Source of the DNA: Mycolicibacterium smegmatis
GTDB taxonomy: Bacteria; Actinomycetota; Actinomycetes; Mycobacteriales; Mycobacteriaceae
Assembly: GCF_001457595.1 (NCBI RefSeq)
Contig: NZ_LN831039.1
Coordinates: forward strand, 3,420,001 to 3,452,000
Direction of reading: 5' to 3'
Length of the DNA: 32,000 bases
The translations under genes and the position numbers were made by a program. A model generated the notes under the pieces. The model was not told the DNA's origin. It saw only the letters and a list, made by a program, of their open reading frames with translations, and ran no database searches. This document shows positions 1 to 9,047 of the stretch, in pieces. Position 1 is the first letter of the stretch, and each line of letters begins with the position of its first letter.

Positions 1-272
1 CCGAGATCCTGTTCATCGGCATCGGTCTCGCGATCCTGTTACCCGTCATCCCGTTCGCGCTCGAGATGCTCGCGCTGCGACGGTTGAACGCGGGCGCGTT
101 CGGCACCCTGATGAGCCTGGAACCCGCGTTCGCGATGGTGGTCGGCCTCGTCATCCTCAGCCAGGTGCCCGGACCCGCCGGCGTGCTGGGGATGGCCTGT
201 GTCGTCGCGGCCGGCATCGGGGCAGCGCGCACGGGCGCACGGGATGCGCCCGTACCGGTCGAGGTTGGTTGA
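1..272 (+). CDS. EamA/DMT-family transporter, 3' end (gene starts upstream of the window; reading frame starts at nt 3)
   Basis: Open frame from the window edge. Hydrophobic C-terminus ...PFALEMLALRRLNAGAFGTLMSLEPAFAMVVGLVILSQ... is typical of the second EamA repeat. Stop at 270-272. Confidence 0.6.
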   Translation, partial: EILFIGIGLAILLPVIPFALEMLALRRLNAGAFGTLMSLEPAFAMVVGLVILSQVPGPAGVLGMACVVAAGIGAARTGARDAPVPVEVG

Positions 273-299
273 TCGCGCGTCCGCGGATACCCTCCGAAC

Positions 300-659
300 A
301 TGGCCCGTCCCATGAACGATCTGATGTTCGTCCGAGCGGTCAACGGCGTCGCGTCCCGGCTCACCCGCGTCCCCGTTCTCGGATCCCTGGTGCGCCGCGG
401 CATGATCGTCATCCGGTACACCGGACGGCGCTCGGGTCAGACGTTCGAGACCCCGGTGGGCTATCGGAAGGTGGGCGACGACCGCGTGGTGATCCGCGTC
501 GAGATGCCGGACCGCAAGACGTGGTGGCGCAATTTCCTGGGCGAGGGAAGCTCCATCACGCTGGTCGGGCTGGACGGAGCCGACCGCACCGGCCACGCCG
601 TCGCGCATCGCGACGAGGCAGGCAAGGTTTCGGTCACCGTCCAGCTCGATGCGCGTTAG
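300..659 (+). CDS. Small split-barrel protein, nitroreductase/deazaflavin (F420H2)-dependent oxidoreductase-like (DUF385-type)
   Basis: 119 aa. IRYTGRRSGQTFETPVGY...KTWWRNF resembles the conserved core of the actinobacterial deazaflavin-dependent reductase family. Its stop overlaps the convergent potC stop by 4 nt. Confidence 0.5.
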   Translation: MARPMNDLMFVRAVNGVASRLTRVPVLGSLVRRGMIVIRYTGRRSGQTFETPVGYRKVGDDRVVIRVEMPDRKTWWRNFLGEGSSITLVGLDGADRTGHAVAHRDEAGKVSVTVQLDAR

Positions 660-1504
660 ACGTCGATGCGCTTGCGGCGGTAGAGCGTTCCGGCCGCGAG
701 CAGCAGCAGGCTGATCACCAGGATCGCGGTCGCCAGCACGTTGATCTGCGGCGGCACAGCCGCCTTGACCGCCGCGTTGACGTACAGCGGGTAGGTCACG
801 GTCGATCCACTGACGAAGTACGTGATGATGAAGTCGTCGAGCGACAACGCGAACGACAGCATCGCCGCGGCCACGATGCCCGGAACGATCAGCGGCAGCG
901 TCACCCTGAAGAAAGTGCGGGTCGGGCTGGCGCCGAGATCCATCGAGGCATCCTCGAGCGTCCAGTCGAATCCGCGCACCCGGGCCCGGACGGTCATGGC
1001 GATGAAGCTGATCTGGAACGCGATGTGCGCGATGACGATCGTGGAGTAGCCGGCCGCCCAGTTGAGATCGAGGAACAAGGTCAGCAGCGAGGCGCCCATC
1101 ACCACCTCGGGTGCGGTCAGCGGCAGCACCAGGAACGTGTCGACGGCACGCTGACCACGCCACCGCTGGCGCACCAGCGCGATCGCGACCAGCGTGCCGA
1201 AGATGAGTGCGATCGAGGTCGACACGGCGGCGACGTTGAGGCTCAACTTCAATGCCTCGGTCAGCGCCGGGTACTTGAACGGGTCCTTCCAGTTGTCGAG
1301 CGTGAAGCCCTGCCACGTGTAGTTGAACTTGCCTGCCGGCTTGTTGAACGAGAACAGCACGATCACGAAGATCGGCAGGAACAGATACAGCAGCACCAGG
1401 CCCGCGACGATGCGCAGACCCGCATCGCCCCAGCGACGGTTGCCCTTGACGACTGTGGGTTCGGCGGTGGCGTCGGTGGCCTCCGCCATTGCGGCCGTGG
1501 TCAT
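656..1504 (-). CDS. potC: Polyamine (spermidine/putrescine-type) ABC transporter permease
   Basis: 282 aa, multi-TM, with a binding-protein-dependent permease EAA-like loop (LEDASMDLGASPTRTFFRVTLP). ATGA start/stop overlap with the upstream permease at 1501-1504. Confidence 0.85.
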   Translation of the reverse strand: MTTAAMAEATDATAEPTVVKGNRRWGDAGLRIVAGLVLLYLFLPIFVIVLFSFNKPAGKFNYTWQGFTLDNWKDPFKYPALTEALKLSLNVAAVSTSIALIFGTLVAIALVRQRWRGQRAVDTFLVLPLTAPEVVMGASLLTLFLDLNWAAGYSTIVIAHIAFQISFIAMTVRARVRGFDWTLEDASMDLGASPTRTFFRVTLPLIVPGIVAAAMLSFALSLDDFIITYFVSGSTVTYPLYVNAAVKAAVPPQINVLATAILVISLLLLAAGTLYRRKRIDV

Positions 1505-2376
1505 ACCAGGTCCTCCGTACCGAGGGCGCGCGTGTACATCAGCACTCCGACCAGGATGATCGCCATCAGCACCATGCTCAGGGCCGCGGCGGCCGGGTAG
1601 TCCTTGACCACCAGGAACTGTTTCTGGATCACGTTGCCGATCATCGTGGTCTGTGTACTGCCCAGGTAGTCGGCGTTGATGAAGTCACCGACCGCGGGGA
1701 TGAACACCAACATGCTGCCCGCGAGAACACCCGGCATCGACAGCGGCAGAATCACTTTCGTGAAGCTGCGGGTGTTCGAGGAGTACAGGTCCTTCGACGC
1801 CTCGATCAGACGCGGGTCGATCTTCTCCAGGCTCACGTACAGCGGCAGGATCATGAAGATGATCCAGTTGTAGGTCAGACCACCGATCACCGCCCACGGG
1901 GTCGACAGCAGCCGGCCCTCGTCGGGCAGCAGACCGATCGCGCCGAGCGCACTGACCACCCAACCGTCGTCGGCCAGAATGGTTTTCCAGGCGATCGTGC
2001 GGATCAGGAACGTCACGAAGAAGGGCAGGATCACCAGGCCCAGGATTAGGTTCTTGAACCGGCCCGCCTTGAACGCGATCACGTAGGCCAGGGGGAATGC
2101 CAGGATCACGCACAACACCGTGGCCACGAACGCGTAGCCGAACGACCGCAGGATCTGGTCCTGGTACGCGCTGAAGGCGTGCAGATAGTTGCCGAAGTTC
2201 CAGTCGAACGTCAGCGTGGGCAGATAGATCGATCCACCGGACGACGACAACGAGGTGCGCGCCAACGTGAAGAACGGCACCACGAAGAAGATTCCGAGGT
2301 AGACCAACGCCGGCAGGATCATCAGGTACGGAGCGATCTTGCTCCGTTGCCTGCTACTGGTGGCAACGCCAGCCAC
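1501..2376 (-). CDS. potB: Polyamine ABC transporter permease
   Basis: 291 aa, six predicted TM segments, EAA loop (IEASKDLYSSNTRSFTKVILP). GTG start 3 nt after the potD stop. Confidence 0.85.
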   Translation of the reverse strand: MAGVATSSRQRSKIAPYLMILPALVYLGIFFVVPFFTLARTSLSSSGGSIYLPTLTFDWNFGNYLHAFSAYQDQILRSFGYAFVATVLCVILAFPLAYVIAFKAGRFKNLILGLVILPFFVTFLIRTIAWKTILADDGWVVSALGAIGLLPDEGRLLSTPWAVIGGLTYNWIIFMILPLYVSLEKIDPRLIEASKDLYSSNTRSFTKVILPLSMPGVLAGSMLVFIPAVGDFINADYLGSTQTTMIGNVIQKQFLVVKDYPAAAALSMVLMAIILVGVLMYTRALGTEDLV

Positions 2377-2379
2377 CGA

Positions 2380-3573
2380 TCAGCCCCCGGTCACTTCGGC
2401 GTAGATGGTGTTGAACTCCTGGGTCTGCTCGTCGGTCAGAGCAGCCCACGACTTCAGGTTCGCGGCCATCTCGGCGGGCGGGTTGATCAACGGGTTGTCG
2501 GCCAGCGCCTGGTCGATCTTCGCCAGTTCGTCGGTCATGTCGGTCAGCACCGGCACGAACTGCGTGAAGGCGACGAGCTTGGCGTAGTTGGGCCGGTCGT
2601 ACACATAGTCGATCCAGGCCTCGGCGGCCTTCTGGTTCTGCGCGGTGTAGGGGATGACCATGGTGTCGATGAACCAGTCACCACCGGACTCGGGGACCAC
2701 GAACTGCAGGTCGGGGTTGTCGGCCTGCAGCTGCACGACGTCACCCGAATAGGCCTGCGCGATGGCGATGTTGCCCGCGGCGAGGTCGTCGGCGTAGTCG
2801 TTGCCCGTGAACCGCCGGATCTGGCCCTTGTCCTTCTGCTCGCGCACGAAGTCGGCGGCCTTCTGCACGCCCTCGGTGGTCGGGTCCTCGACCGAGTTGC
2901 CCTGCCACTGCATGATCATGCCCAGGCCGTCCTGGACATCGGAGAACAGGCTGACGCGTCCCTTGAACGCCGGATCGAAAAGGTCGTCCATCTTGGTGAT
3001 GTCGCGACCGGTCGCGGCACGGTTGTACGCGATGCCGACCATGCCCGTCATGTACGGCGCGGTGTACTTGCGGCCCGGGTCGACCTTGGAGTTCAGCAGA
3101 TCCTCGCGCAGGTTCTTCTTGTTGGGCACACGAGATTCGTTGATCTCGTTGAGCCAGTTCAGCCCCATGATCCGGGCCGCCATGAACTCGGTGGGCACCA
3201 CGAGATCGGCGCCGATGTCCTGCTTGCGCGACAGCGTTTCCTTGACCTTTGCGAACCACTGCTCGTTGTCGTTGAAGTCTTCCTTGTAGTCGACCGTCAG
3301 ACCGGATGCGGTCTGGAACGCCGCGACGAAACCGTCGGCCATGTACAGCGGCCAGTTCGAGATCCGCAGGGTGCCGCTCGCGGGCGAACCGTCATCGGGG
3401 GCAGCCGACGTTGCCTCGGAACCACCGTTGCCGCCGCTGCCGCAGGCGGCCAGTACGGCGGGGCCGAGGGCAAGTGCGGCGGCGGCTGCTGCGCCACCGC
3501 CGAGGAAGCGGCGGCGGGAGGTGCGGTTGGCGGTGAGACGGGCGAAGAGCTGGGGATCGATGTTGTTCGGCAT
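2380..3573 (-). CDS. potD: Spermidine/putrescine-family substrate-binding lipoprotein (PotD/PotF family)
   Basis: 397 aa. N-terminus has a twin-arginine motif (SRRRFLGG) followed by lipobox LAAC. The body (LRISNWPLYM...YTAPYMTGMVGIAYN) matches the PotD/PotF pattern. Confidence 0.85.
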   Translation of the reverse strand: MPNNIDPQLFARLTANRTSRRRFLGGGAAAAAALALGPAVLAACGSGGNGGSEATSAAPDDGSPASGTLRISNWPLYMADGFVAAFQTASGLTVDYKEDFNDNEQWFAKVKETLSRKQDIGADLVVPTEFMAARIMGLNWLNEINESRVPNKKNLREDLLNSKVDPGRKYTAPYMTGMVGIAYNRAATGRDITKMDDLFDPAFKGRVSLFSDVQDGLGMIMQWQGNSVEDPTTEGVQKAADFVREQKDKGQIRRFTGNDYADDLAAGNIAIAQAYSGDVVQLQADNPDLQFVVPESGGDWFIDTMVIPYTAQNQKAAEAWIDYVYDRPNYAKLVAFTQFVPVLTDMTDELAKIDQALADNPLINPPAEMAANLKSWAALTDEQTQEFNTIYAEVTGG

Positions 3574-3639
3574 GGGGCGACCTTTCTCGAATCGGGCGCG
3601 ATCGTCGTTCAGGGAAGGGTTTTCGGCGACTGGCAGGGA

Positions 3640-4920
3640 TTACGAGTCGTCCAGCATGTCCTCGAGGTCTTCGGTGGTGGGGATGTCGGCAGCCGGCAGC
3701 ACGCGCGAGGCGTCGGGCGACCAGCTGACGTGGACCCGGTCTCCTGGCCGCAGCAAGGGCAGGTTCTGCTCGGCTCCCACGTGCGCGACGATGGTCGAGT
3801 CGTCGGGTGCGGCGAGCGACAGGCGCACGACCGGTCCCTGGAACGTCAGGTCGGTGACGGTCGCGGGGACCGTGGCGACGTCGCCGGTCGGCGCGTCGAT
3901 CGAGACGCGGACCCGTTCGGGCCGGATCATCAGGGTGGCATGTCCGCCGGCTTCGATCGCGGTGTCACCCGGCTTGGCCTTGAGCTTCGTACCGAGCACC
4001 TCGACTTCGACGTAGTCGCCCGCGGTGCGCTCGGTCTGGCGGCCCGGCCAGAGATTCGCCTGGCCGATGAAGTTCGCGACGAACACCGTGGCGGGTTTGT
4101 CGTAGATCTCGGTGGGGGTGCCGATCTGCTCGACGTTGCCCGCGTTCATCACCGCGATCCGGTCGCTCATGGTGAGCGCCTCTTCCTGATCGTGCGTGAC
4201 GTAGATGAACGTGATGCCGACTTCGCGCTGGATCCGCTTGAGCTCGAACTGCATCGCGTGGCGCAGCTTGAGGTCCAGCGCACCGAGGGGTTCGTCGAGC
4301 AGGAGAGCGCTCGGGTAGTTGACCAGTGCGCGGGCGAGCGCGACGCGCTGCTGCTGGCCACCGGACAGCTGCGCGGGCTTGCGCTTGGCGAAGTCGCTGA
4401 GCTTGACGATCTCGAGCAACTCGTCGACGCTGCGCTTTATCTCCGCCTTGTCCTTCTTGGCACTTCGTGGTCCGTACGCGACGTTGTCCCACACAGTCAT
4501 GTGCGGGAACAGGGCGTAGTGCTGGAACACGGTGTTGACGTTGCGCTTGTGCGGCGGCACCCGCGAGACGTCAACCCCTTCGAGCCGGATCGCGCCCTCG
4601 GTGGGGCTCTCGAAACCGGCGATCATGCGCAGTGTCGTGGTCTTACCGCAGCCAGACGGGCCGAGCATCGAGAAGAACTCGCCCTGTGCGATGGAAAAGT
4701 CGGCGTCGGCCACGGCCACGTAGTCGGCGAACCGCTTCGTGACGTGGTCGATCTCGATCACGGGTGCGCCACTCTTACGTGGTTCGCCGCTCTGTCCCGC
4801 CGAGTGATCGACGGCGGCGGTGGTGTCTTGCCCGGTCAGCGTGGTCCTCCTCAGGTGCAGCCGGAGTGGCTGTGGGTAAACCTTCGCGGATTCAGCCGAC
4901 GTTCGCAAGCGATTCCGCAA
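3640..4920 (-). CDS. potA: Polyamine ABC transporter ATP-binding protein with C-terminal TOBE-like domain
   Basis: Walker [10 protein letters not shown], signature [15 protein letters not shown], Walker B LLLDEP, H-loop VTHDQ. The start is uncertain: longest ORF starts at TTG 4920, and GTG 4761 gives the classic [12 protein letters not shown]-terminus. An AGGAGG at 4845-4850 is followed only by CTG (4839). Confidence 0.85.
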   Translation of the reverse strand: MRNRLRTSAESAKVYPQPLRLHLRRTTLTGQDTTAAVDHSAGQSGEPRKSGAPVIEIDHVTKRFADYVAVADADFSIAQGEFFSMLGPSGCGKTTTLRMIAGFESPTEGAIRLEGVDVSRVPPHKRNVNTVFQHYALFPHMTVWDNVAYGPRSAKKDKAEIKRSVDELLEIVKLSDFAKRKPAQLSGGQQQRVALARALVNYPSALLLDEPLGALDLKLRHAMQFELKRIQREVGITFIYVTHDQEEALTMSDRIAVMNAGNVEQIGTPTEIYDKPATVFVANFIGQANLWPGRQTERTAGDYVEVEVLGTKLKAKPGDTAIEAGGHATLMIRPERVRVSIDAPTGDVATVPATVTDLTFQGPVVRLSLAAPDDSTIVAHVGAEQNLPLLRPGDRVHVSWSPDASRVLPAADIPTTEDLEDMLDDS

Positions 4921-5004
4921 CGATTTAACATTTTTACAATGGATTCCTTCGTTTTGCAGGGTTTGAAGCGCACGAATCCGCTGTGGCAGACGTCAACATC
5001 CACG

Positions 5005-5021
5005 GCAGGAGGGCCTCCTGC
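5005..5021. terminator. Short GC hairpin (GCAGGAG-GGC-CTCCTGC) between the MFS gene 3' end and the pot operon 5' region
   Basis: 7-bp perfect stem with a 3-nt loop, read directly. No U-tract. Function as a terminator is only a guess. Confidence 0.2.
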
Positions 5022-5104
5022 GGATTTCGGGGCGCCGTGACGTCTCGGCGTGCGTCAAGTTTTCCAGCCGAAGTTGCCAGAAGTGACGGAAACCGCTGAG
5101 TAGG

Positions 5105-6583
5105 TCAGCCCCACTCGTGGTTCATGGCACGGCTTTCGGCGAGCCTCTGCTTCGATTCGCGGTGCCGGTCGGGAACCCGGGATATCGCGATGAGCGCCAT
5201 TGCCAGCGTGGCGGTGGCCGCTCCCGCGACGAAGATCGTCACGAAACTCGATTCCGCGGGGATCGCGCTGTGTCCGAGCAGGACGGCGACGACGGCGGCC
5301 GCGATGGAACTGCCGATCGTGCGGGCGATCGCGTTCACGCTGGTCGCCACCCCGGTCTCGGCGGCGTCGACCTCGCTGACGACCAGCGCGGGCAGCGCCC
5401 CGTACCCGAGGCTGATGTAGGCGTTGGCCAGCACGCCGGCGCCGATGACCTGCCATGCGCGATGGTGTGCGAGGGAGAGCATCAGGAACCCGGCGATACC
5501 CACGAACGCACCGACCATCAGCACCTTGCGGGCCCCGAAGCGGTCGATGAACCGTCCGCTGACCAGTGCGACGAGGAACCCGGCCAGCGCGCCGGGCAGC
5601 AGGAAGATCATGCTCGCCTGCAGGACGGTGGCGCCGAAGCCGTACCCGGCGGTCTCGGGCGGCATCTGCACGAACTGGGTCAGGCCCAGGAACGCGAAGT
5701 ACAGGCCCATCCCGACGAAAATCGTCGCGAGGTTGGTCAGCAGGATGGGTCGCTTCGCGAGCATGCGGGTCGACACCAGTGGGTGCGTGATACGCCGTTC
5801 CCACAACCACCAACCGACCAGCAGTGCGACTCCGCCCGCGAGGACCCCGATGGCCGCCGGCGAGGTCCATCCCCATGCGTTTCCCTGGGTGACGGCGAGG
5901 AGCACCGCCGACAGGCCACCCGCCAGACCCACAGCGCCGAGCCAGTCGATGGATCCGTCCGGGATGGGTTTGCGGGCGGGGACCGCCGCCACCGCCACCA
6001 CGATGACGACGGCGGTGAACACGGTGGTCAGCCAGAAGACCCGGTGGTAGTTCGCATCGCCGGACATCAGCAGACCGGTGACCACCAGGCCCACGCCGCC
6101 GCCGAAACCCAGGGTTCCCGACAGCACGGCCATGGCCCCCACCAGCCGGTCCTCGGCGAGTTCCTCGCGCAGGATCGCGATGCAGATGGGATAGAGGGCA
6201 TACGAGGCGCCCTGCAGGATCCGGCCCACGATCAACAGCGCCACCGAGGCGGTGGTCGCGGCGAGCACCGATCCGATCAGGACGATCACCAGAACCGTCA
6301 GAAGAACGAGTTTCTTGCTGTAGAGGTCGGCGAGGCGCCCGATGAGCGGTGTCGCGGCCGCGGCGGCCAGCAGGTTGGCGGTGACGGCCCAGCTGACCGC
6401 GACGGGTGAGGCGTGGAGTTGCGTCGCGATCACACCGAGTACCGGGACGACGGCGGTCTGCAGGACCGCGACCGTGAGGACCACCAGGCTCAGTCCGCCG
6501 ATCAGCACGGCAGGTGGGCGCCGTCTGTCGCGGGGGGCCCGGGCGGACCGACTCCGGTCGGTCTCACTCACGGCCTTGCCCAC
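5105..6583 (-). CDS. MFS transporter, DHA2 (14-TMS drug:H+ antiporter, EmrB/QacA-like)
   Basis: 492 aa, about 14 hydrophobic segments, MFS motif A-like GRLADLYSKK. Lies downstream of a MarR gene on the same strand. Confidence 0.85.
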   Translation of the reverse strand: MGKAVSETDRSRSARAPRDRRRPPAVLIGGLSLVVLTVAVLQTAVVPVLGVIATQLHASPVAVSWAVTANLLAAAAATPLIGRLADLYSKKLVLLTVLVIVLIGSVLAATTASVALLIVGRILQGASYALYPICIAILREELAEDRLVGAMAVLSGTLGFGGGVGLVVTGLLMSGDANYHRVFWLTTVFTAVVIVVAVAAVPARKPIPDGSIDWLGAVGLAGGLSAVLLAVTQGNAWGWTSPAAIGVLAGGVALLVGWWLWERRITHPLVSTRMLAKRPILLTNLATIFVGMGLYFAFLGLTQFVQMPPETAGYGFGATVLQASMIFLLPGALAGFLVALVSGRFIDRFGARKVLMVGAFVGIAGFLMLSLAHHRAWQVIGAGVLANAYISLGYGALPALVVSEVDAAETGVATSVNAIARTIGSSIAAAVVAVLLGHSAIPAESSFVTIFVAGAATATLAMALIAISRVPDRHRESKQRLAESRAMNHEWG

Positions 6584-6710
6584 ACCCGCTCCGATCGTTA
6601 GCTCATCTTCGTGTTTCTCGATTATGAACCGCGTGGGGTGCAGGCGGCGAATCCGCAGGCGAGCGGTGGAGAAGTTCGGACCCGGCCACTCGGGCGGCCA
6701 CCGATGCCGG

Positions 6711-7178
6711 TCAGGGAAGGTCGGCGATGGCGGTGAGCCGCCGCAACAGGGGCGCGGCCTCGACGAGCACGCCCACCTCGTGATCGGTCATGGTGCCGAG
6801 TTCCCGCTCCAGAGCGGTGACCCATGCCTGGGTGATCATCTGCTTGTGCCGTTCGGCGGTCTCGCTCAGATGCAGTCGCGCCGAGCGCCGGTCCTCCGGG
6901 TTGACCTCGCGGACCACAAGATCGCGGGTCATCAGATGGCGCACGGTGGTGCTGACGTTGCTCGGCTGAAGTTGCAGCATGCGTGCCACCTCCGAGACCG
7001 TGCATCCGGGGTTGTCCCCGATCGTGCGGAGCACCTCGAGTTCGGACTGGGGAAGCGGTGTCAGCCCGGACTGCCGTTCGCCGTACCGACGCAGCGCCCA
7101 GACCACGACGCTCAGGTTCTCGGCGATCACACGGGATTCGCTGGCGCGTCCAGGCGGCATGCGTGCCACTTTACCCAT
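6711..7178 (-). CDS. MarR-family transcriptional regulator
   Basis: 155 aa. Winged-helix core LTPLPQSELEVLRTIGDNPGCTVSEVARMLQLQPSNVSTTVRHLMTRDLVVREVNPEDRRSARLHLS. AGAGG Shine-Dalgarno sequence 7 nt before the ATG. Confidence 0.9.
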   Translation of the reverse strand: MGKVARMPPGRASESRVIAENLSVVVWALRRYGERQSGLTPLPQSELEVLRTIGDNPGCTVSEVARMLQLQPSNVSTTVRHLMTRDLVVREVNPEDRRSARLHLSETAERHKQMITQAWVTALERELGTMTDHEVGVLVEAAPLLRRLTAIADLP

Positions 7179-7220
7179 ATCAATACCTCTATGAGGCTTG
7201 CGATTTCGTCTGCCGGACGG

Positions 7221-8291
7221 TCAAGTCGGCCGCAGCGCGGTGAGGACACCGTCGGTGAATTCCCGCGTGCCCGCCGACCCGCCGACGTCCGGGGTCGAGA
7301 GACCGGCGTCGAGCGTGCGCCGCACCGCGTGTTCGACGGCGTCCGCGGCCCCCACCAGGGCGCGACCGCTTCCGGCACGCTCACCCAGCCACCGCAACAA
7401 CATCGCCGCCGAGAGCATCATGGCGACCGGGTTGGCCACGTCCCGCCCGGCGATGTCCGGCGCGGCCCCGTGACTCGCCTGCGCCATCGCCTTGCTGTCC
7501 GAGGCGTTGAGCGACGGTGCCATACCCAGTGATCCGCTCAACTGCCCGGTGAGGTCCGACAGGATGTCGCCGAACATGTTCTCGGCGACGATGACATCGA
7601 ATTGCGTTGGCCGACTGACCAACAGCGCAGCCAGCGCATCGACGTGCTCGCCACGGACCTCGACGTCGGGATACTGATCGGCCACGGCCATGCAGGTGTC
7701 GCGGAACAGGCCGGTGGTCCTGGTCAGCACGTTGGTCTTGTGTGCGATGGTCACCGAGCGGCGGCGGGTCGCGGCGATCCGGAAGGCCTCGTGCGCGATG
7801 CGCTCGATTGCAGCGCGGGTGAAGACGGCGACCGCGAGTGCCACATCCGCGGTGGGCATGAACTCCCCGGCGCCGTCGTACATGTTGCGATCCGCGTAGA
7901 AACCCTCGGTGTTCTCCCGGACGATCACGACATCGATGTCGGGACACACCGCGCGCACCGATGTGCTCAGCGCGCGGGCCGGACGGATGTTCGCGAACAG
8001 GTTGTAGCGCTTCCGGATCACACCGCCCGGCGACAACGTACCGCGGAACTGCTCAGGGTATCCGGCGTTGTCGTGCGGGCCGATGATCCAGCCGGTGAGG
8101 CCGTCGAGTCGCTCCAGGGTGACGTCGGGCACCGGCGTCCCGAATTCGTCGATCGCCTGGCGGCCGAACGGCAGGGGAACCCACCGCACGCCGACCGCGG
8201 CGGCATCAAGTGCTCGCTCGACCACTTGTGTTGTGGCCGAGACGATCTCCGGTCCGATGCCGTCGCCGCGCAGCACGCCGATTTCGATCAT
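7221..8291 (-). CDS. Isocitrate/isopropylmalate/tartrate dehydrogenase-family oxidative decarboxylase
   Basis: 356 aa from ATG 8291 (MIEIGVLRGDGIGPEIV...), with VRENTEGFY and NMFGDILSD motifs. The 80-codon upstream extension in the ORF track is Arg/Pro-rich and overlaps the methyltransferase gene, so it is rejected. Confidence 0.85.
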   Translation of the reverse strand: MIEIGVLRGDGIGPEIVSATTQVVERALDAAAVGVRWVPLPFGRQAIDEFGTPVPDVTLERLDGLTGWIIGPHDNAGYPEQFRGTLSPGGVIRKRYNLFANIRPARALSTSVRAVCPDIDVVIVRENTEGFYADRNMYDGAGEFMPTADVALAVAVFTRAAIERIAHEAFRIAATRRRSVTIAHKTNVLTRTTGLFRDTCMAVADQYPDVEVRGEHVDALAALLVSRPTQFDVIVAENMFGDILSDLTGQLSGSLGMAPSLNASDSKAMAQASHGAAPDIAGRDVANPVAMMLSAAMLLRWLGERAGSGRALVGAADAVEHAVRRTLDAGLSTPDVGGSAGTREFTDGVLTALRPT

Positions 8292-8299
8292 CGCGTGTC

Positions 8300-9031
8300 C
8301 TACCGCCCGGCCGCAGGCCGTCGGAGTCGGAAGTCCGGGACGGCTCGGATCGTCATGAAACCCTCGGGTGCCTGCGCGAGTCGCTGGTAGGCCTGCGGGT
8401 CGCGACGGGCCGCTTCTTCCGTCGGCCGGGGTTCGCGTAGTTCTTCGATGAGGAACCCGGCATCGCGCAGCTCCGAACAGGTGCGTTCCAATGGGGCGAG
8501 CCAGTATCGCACGTTCCACCCCCTGCTCCACGTCTCCTCGACGACCCTGGTCTCGAAGTAATTTCCGCCATGGCGCAGCCAGTCACCGGTGGGGTGCATC
8601 CGGGACAGGACGAGCGCACCGGCGGGCCGCAGAACCCGGTGGAACTCACGCAGCATCGCCGTGCGGTCGTCGACGTACTCGAGTGCCAGCGCCAGCAGCA
8701 CGGCGTCGACCGACTGGCTCGGTAGCCAGTCCAGGGGTCCGGCGAGATCGTGCACACGGAAATCACCGGACGGCACACGCGCACGGGCCAATTCGACCAT
8801 GCGTGGGCTCTGGTCGAATCCGATCAGCGACGCTCCGCGTTTCGCCAGTTCCTCCGCATACAACCCTGGTCCGCATGCCGCGTCCAGAATCGTGCGGCCG
8901 GCGACGTCGCCGATCAGCGCCAGACAGGCGGGCCTGTCGTAGTGGGCGTTGTAGAAGCCGTCTCTCGCGTGGTCGAGGAATTCGTCGGCGAATGTCTCGT
9001 ACTGGGGCTGCGGTCCAACGGTATCGGGCAC
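8300..9031 (-). CDS. Class I SAM-dependent methyltransferase
   Basis: Motif I ILDAACGPGLYAEEL, post-I FDQSPRMV. Start taken as GTG 9031, 17 nt after the upstream hydrolase stop. The longest ORF start (9163) would overlap that gene. Confidence 0.8.
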   Translation of the reverse strand: MPDTVGPQPQYETFADEFLDHARDGFYNAHYDRPACLALIGDVAGRTILDAACGPGLYAEELAKRGASLIGFDQSPRMVELARARVPSGDFRVHDLAGPLDWLPSQSVDAVLLALALEYVDDRTAMLREFHRVLRPAGALVLSRMHPTGDWLRHGGNYFETRVVEETWSRGWNVRYWLAPLERTCSELRDAGFLIEELREPRPTEEAARRDPQAYQRLAQAPEGFMTIRAVPDFRLRRPAAGR

Positions 9032-9047
9032 ACACTCAGTGTGCCGG

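Noticed and set aside
2179-5040. 953-aa ORF on the plus strand spanning the pot operon.
   Set aside because: It is antisense to four well-supported ABC transporter genes. The translation is Arg/Gly/Val/His-rich and low in complexity, with no recognisable domain. This is a typical stop-codon-poor antisense frame of high-GC DNA.
8292-8531. 80-codon N-terminal extension of the IPMDH-family ORF.
   Set aside because: The extension overlaps the methyltransferase 3' end and is Arg/Pro-rich. The family-typical N-terminus MIEIGVLRGDGIGPE starts at ATG 8291, 8 nt after the upstream stop.
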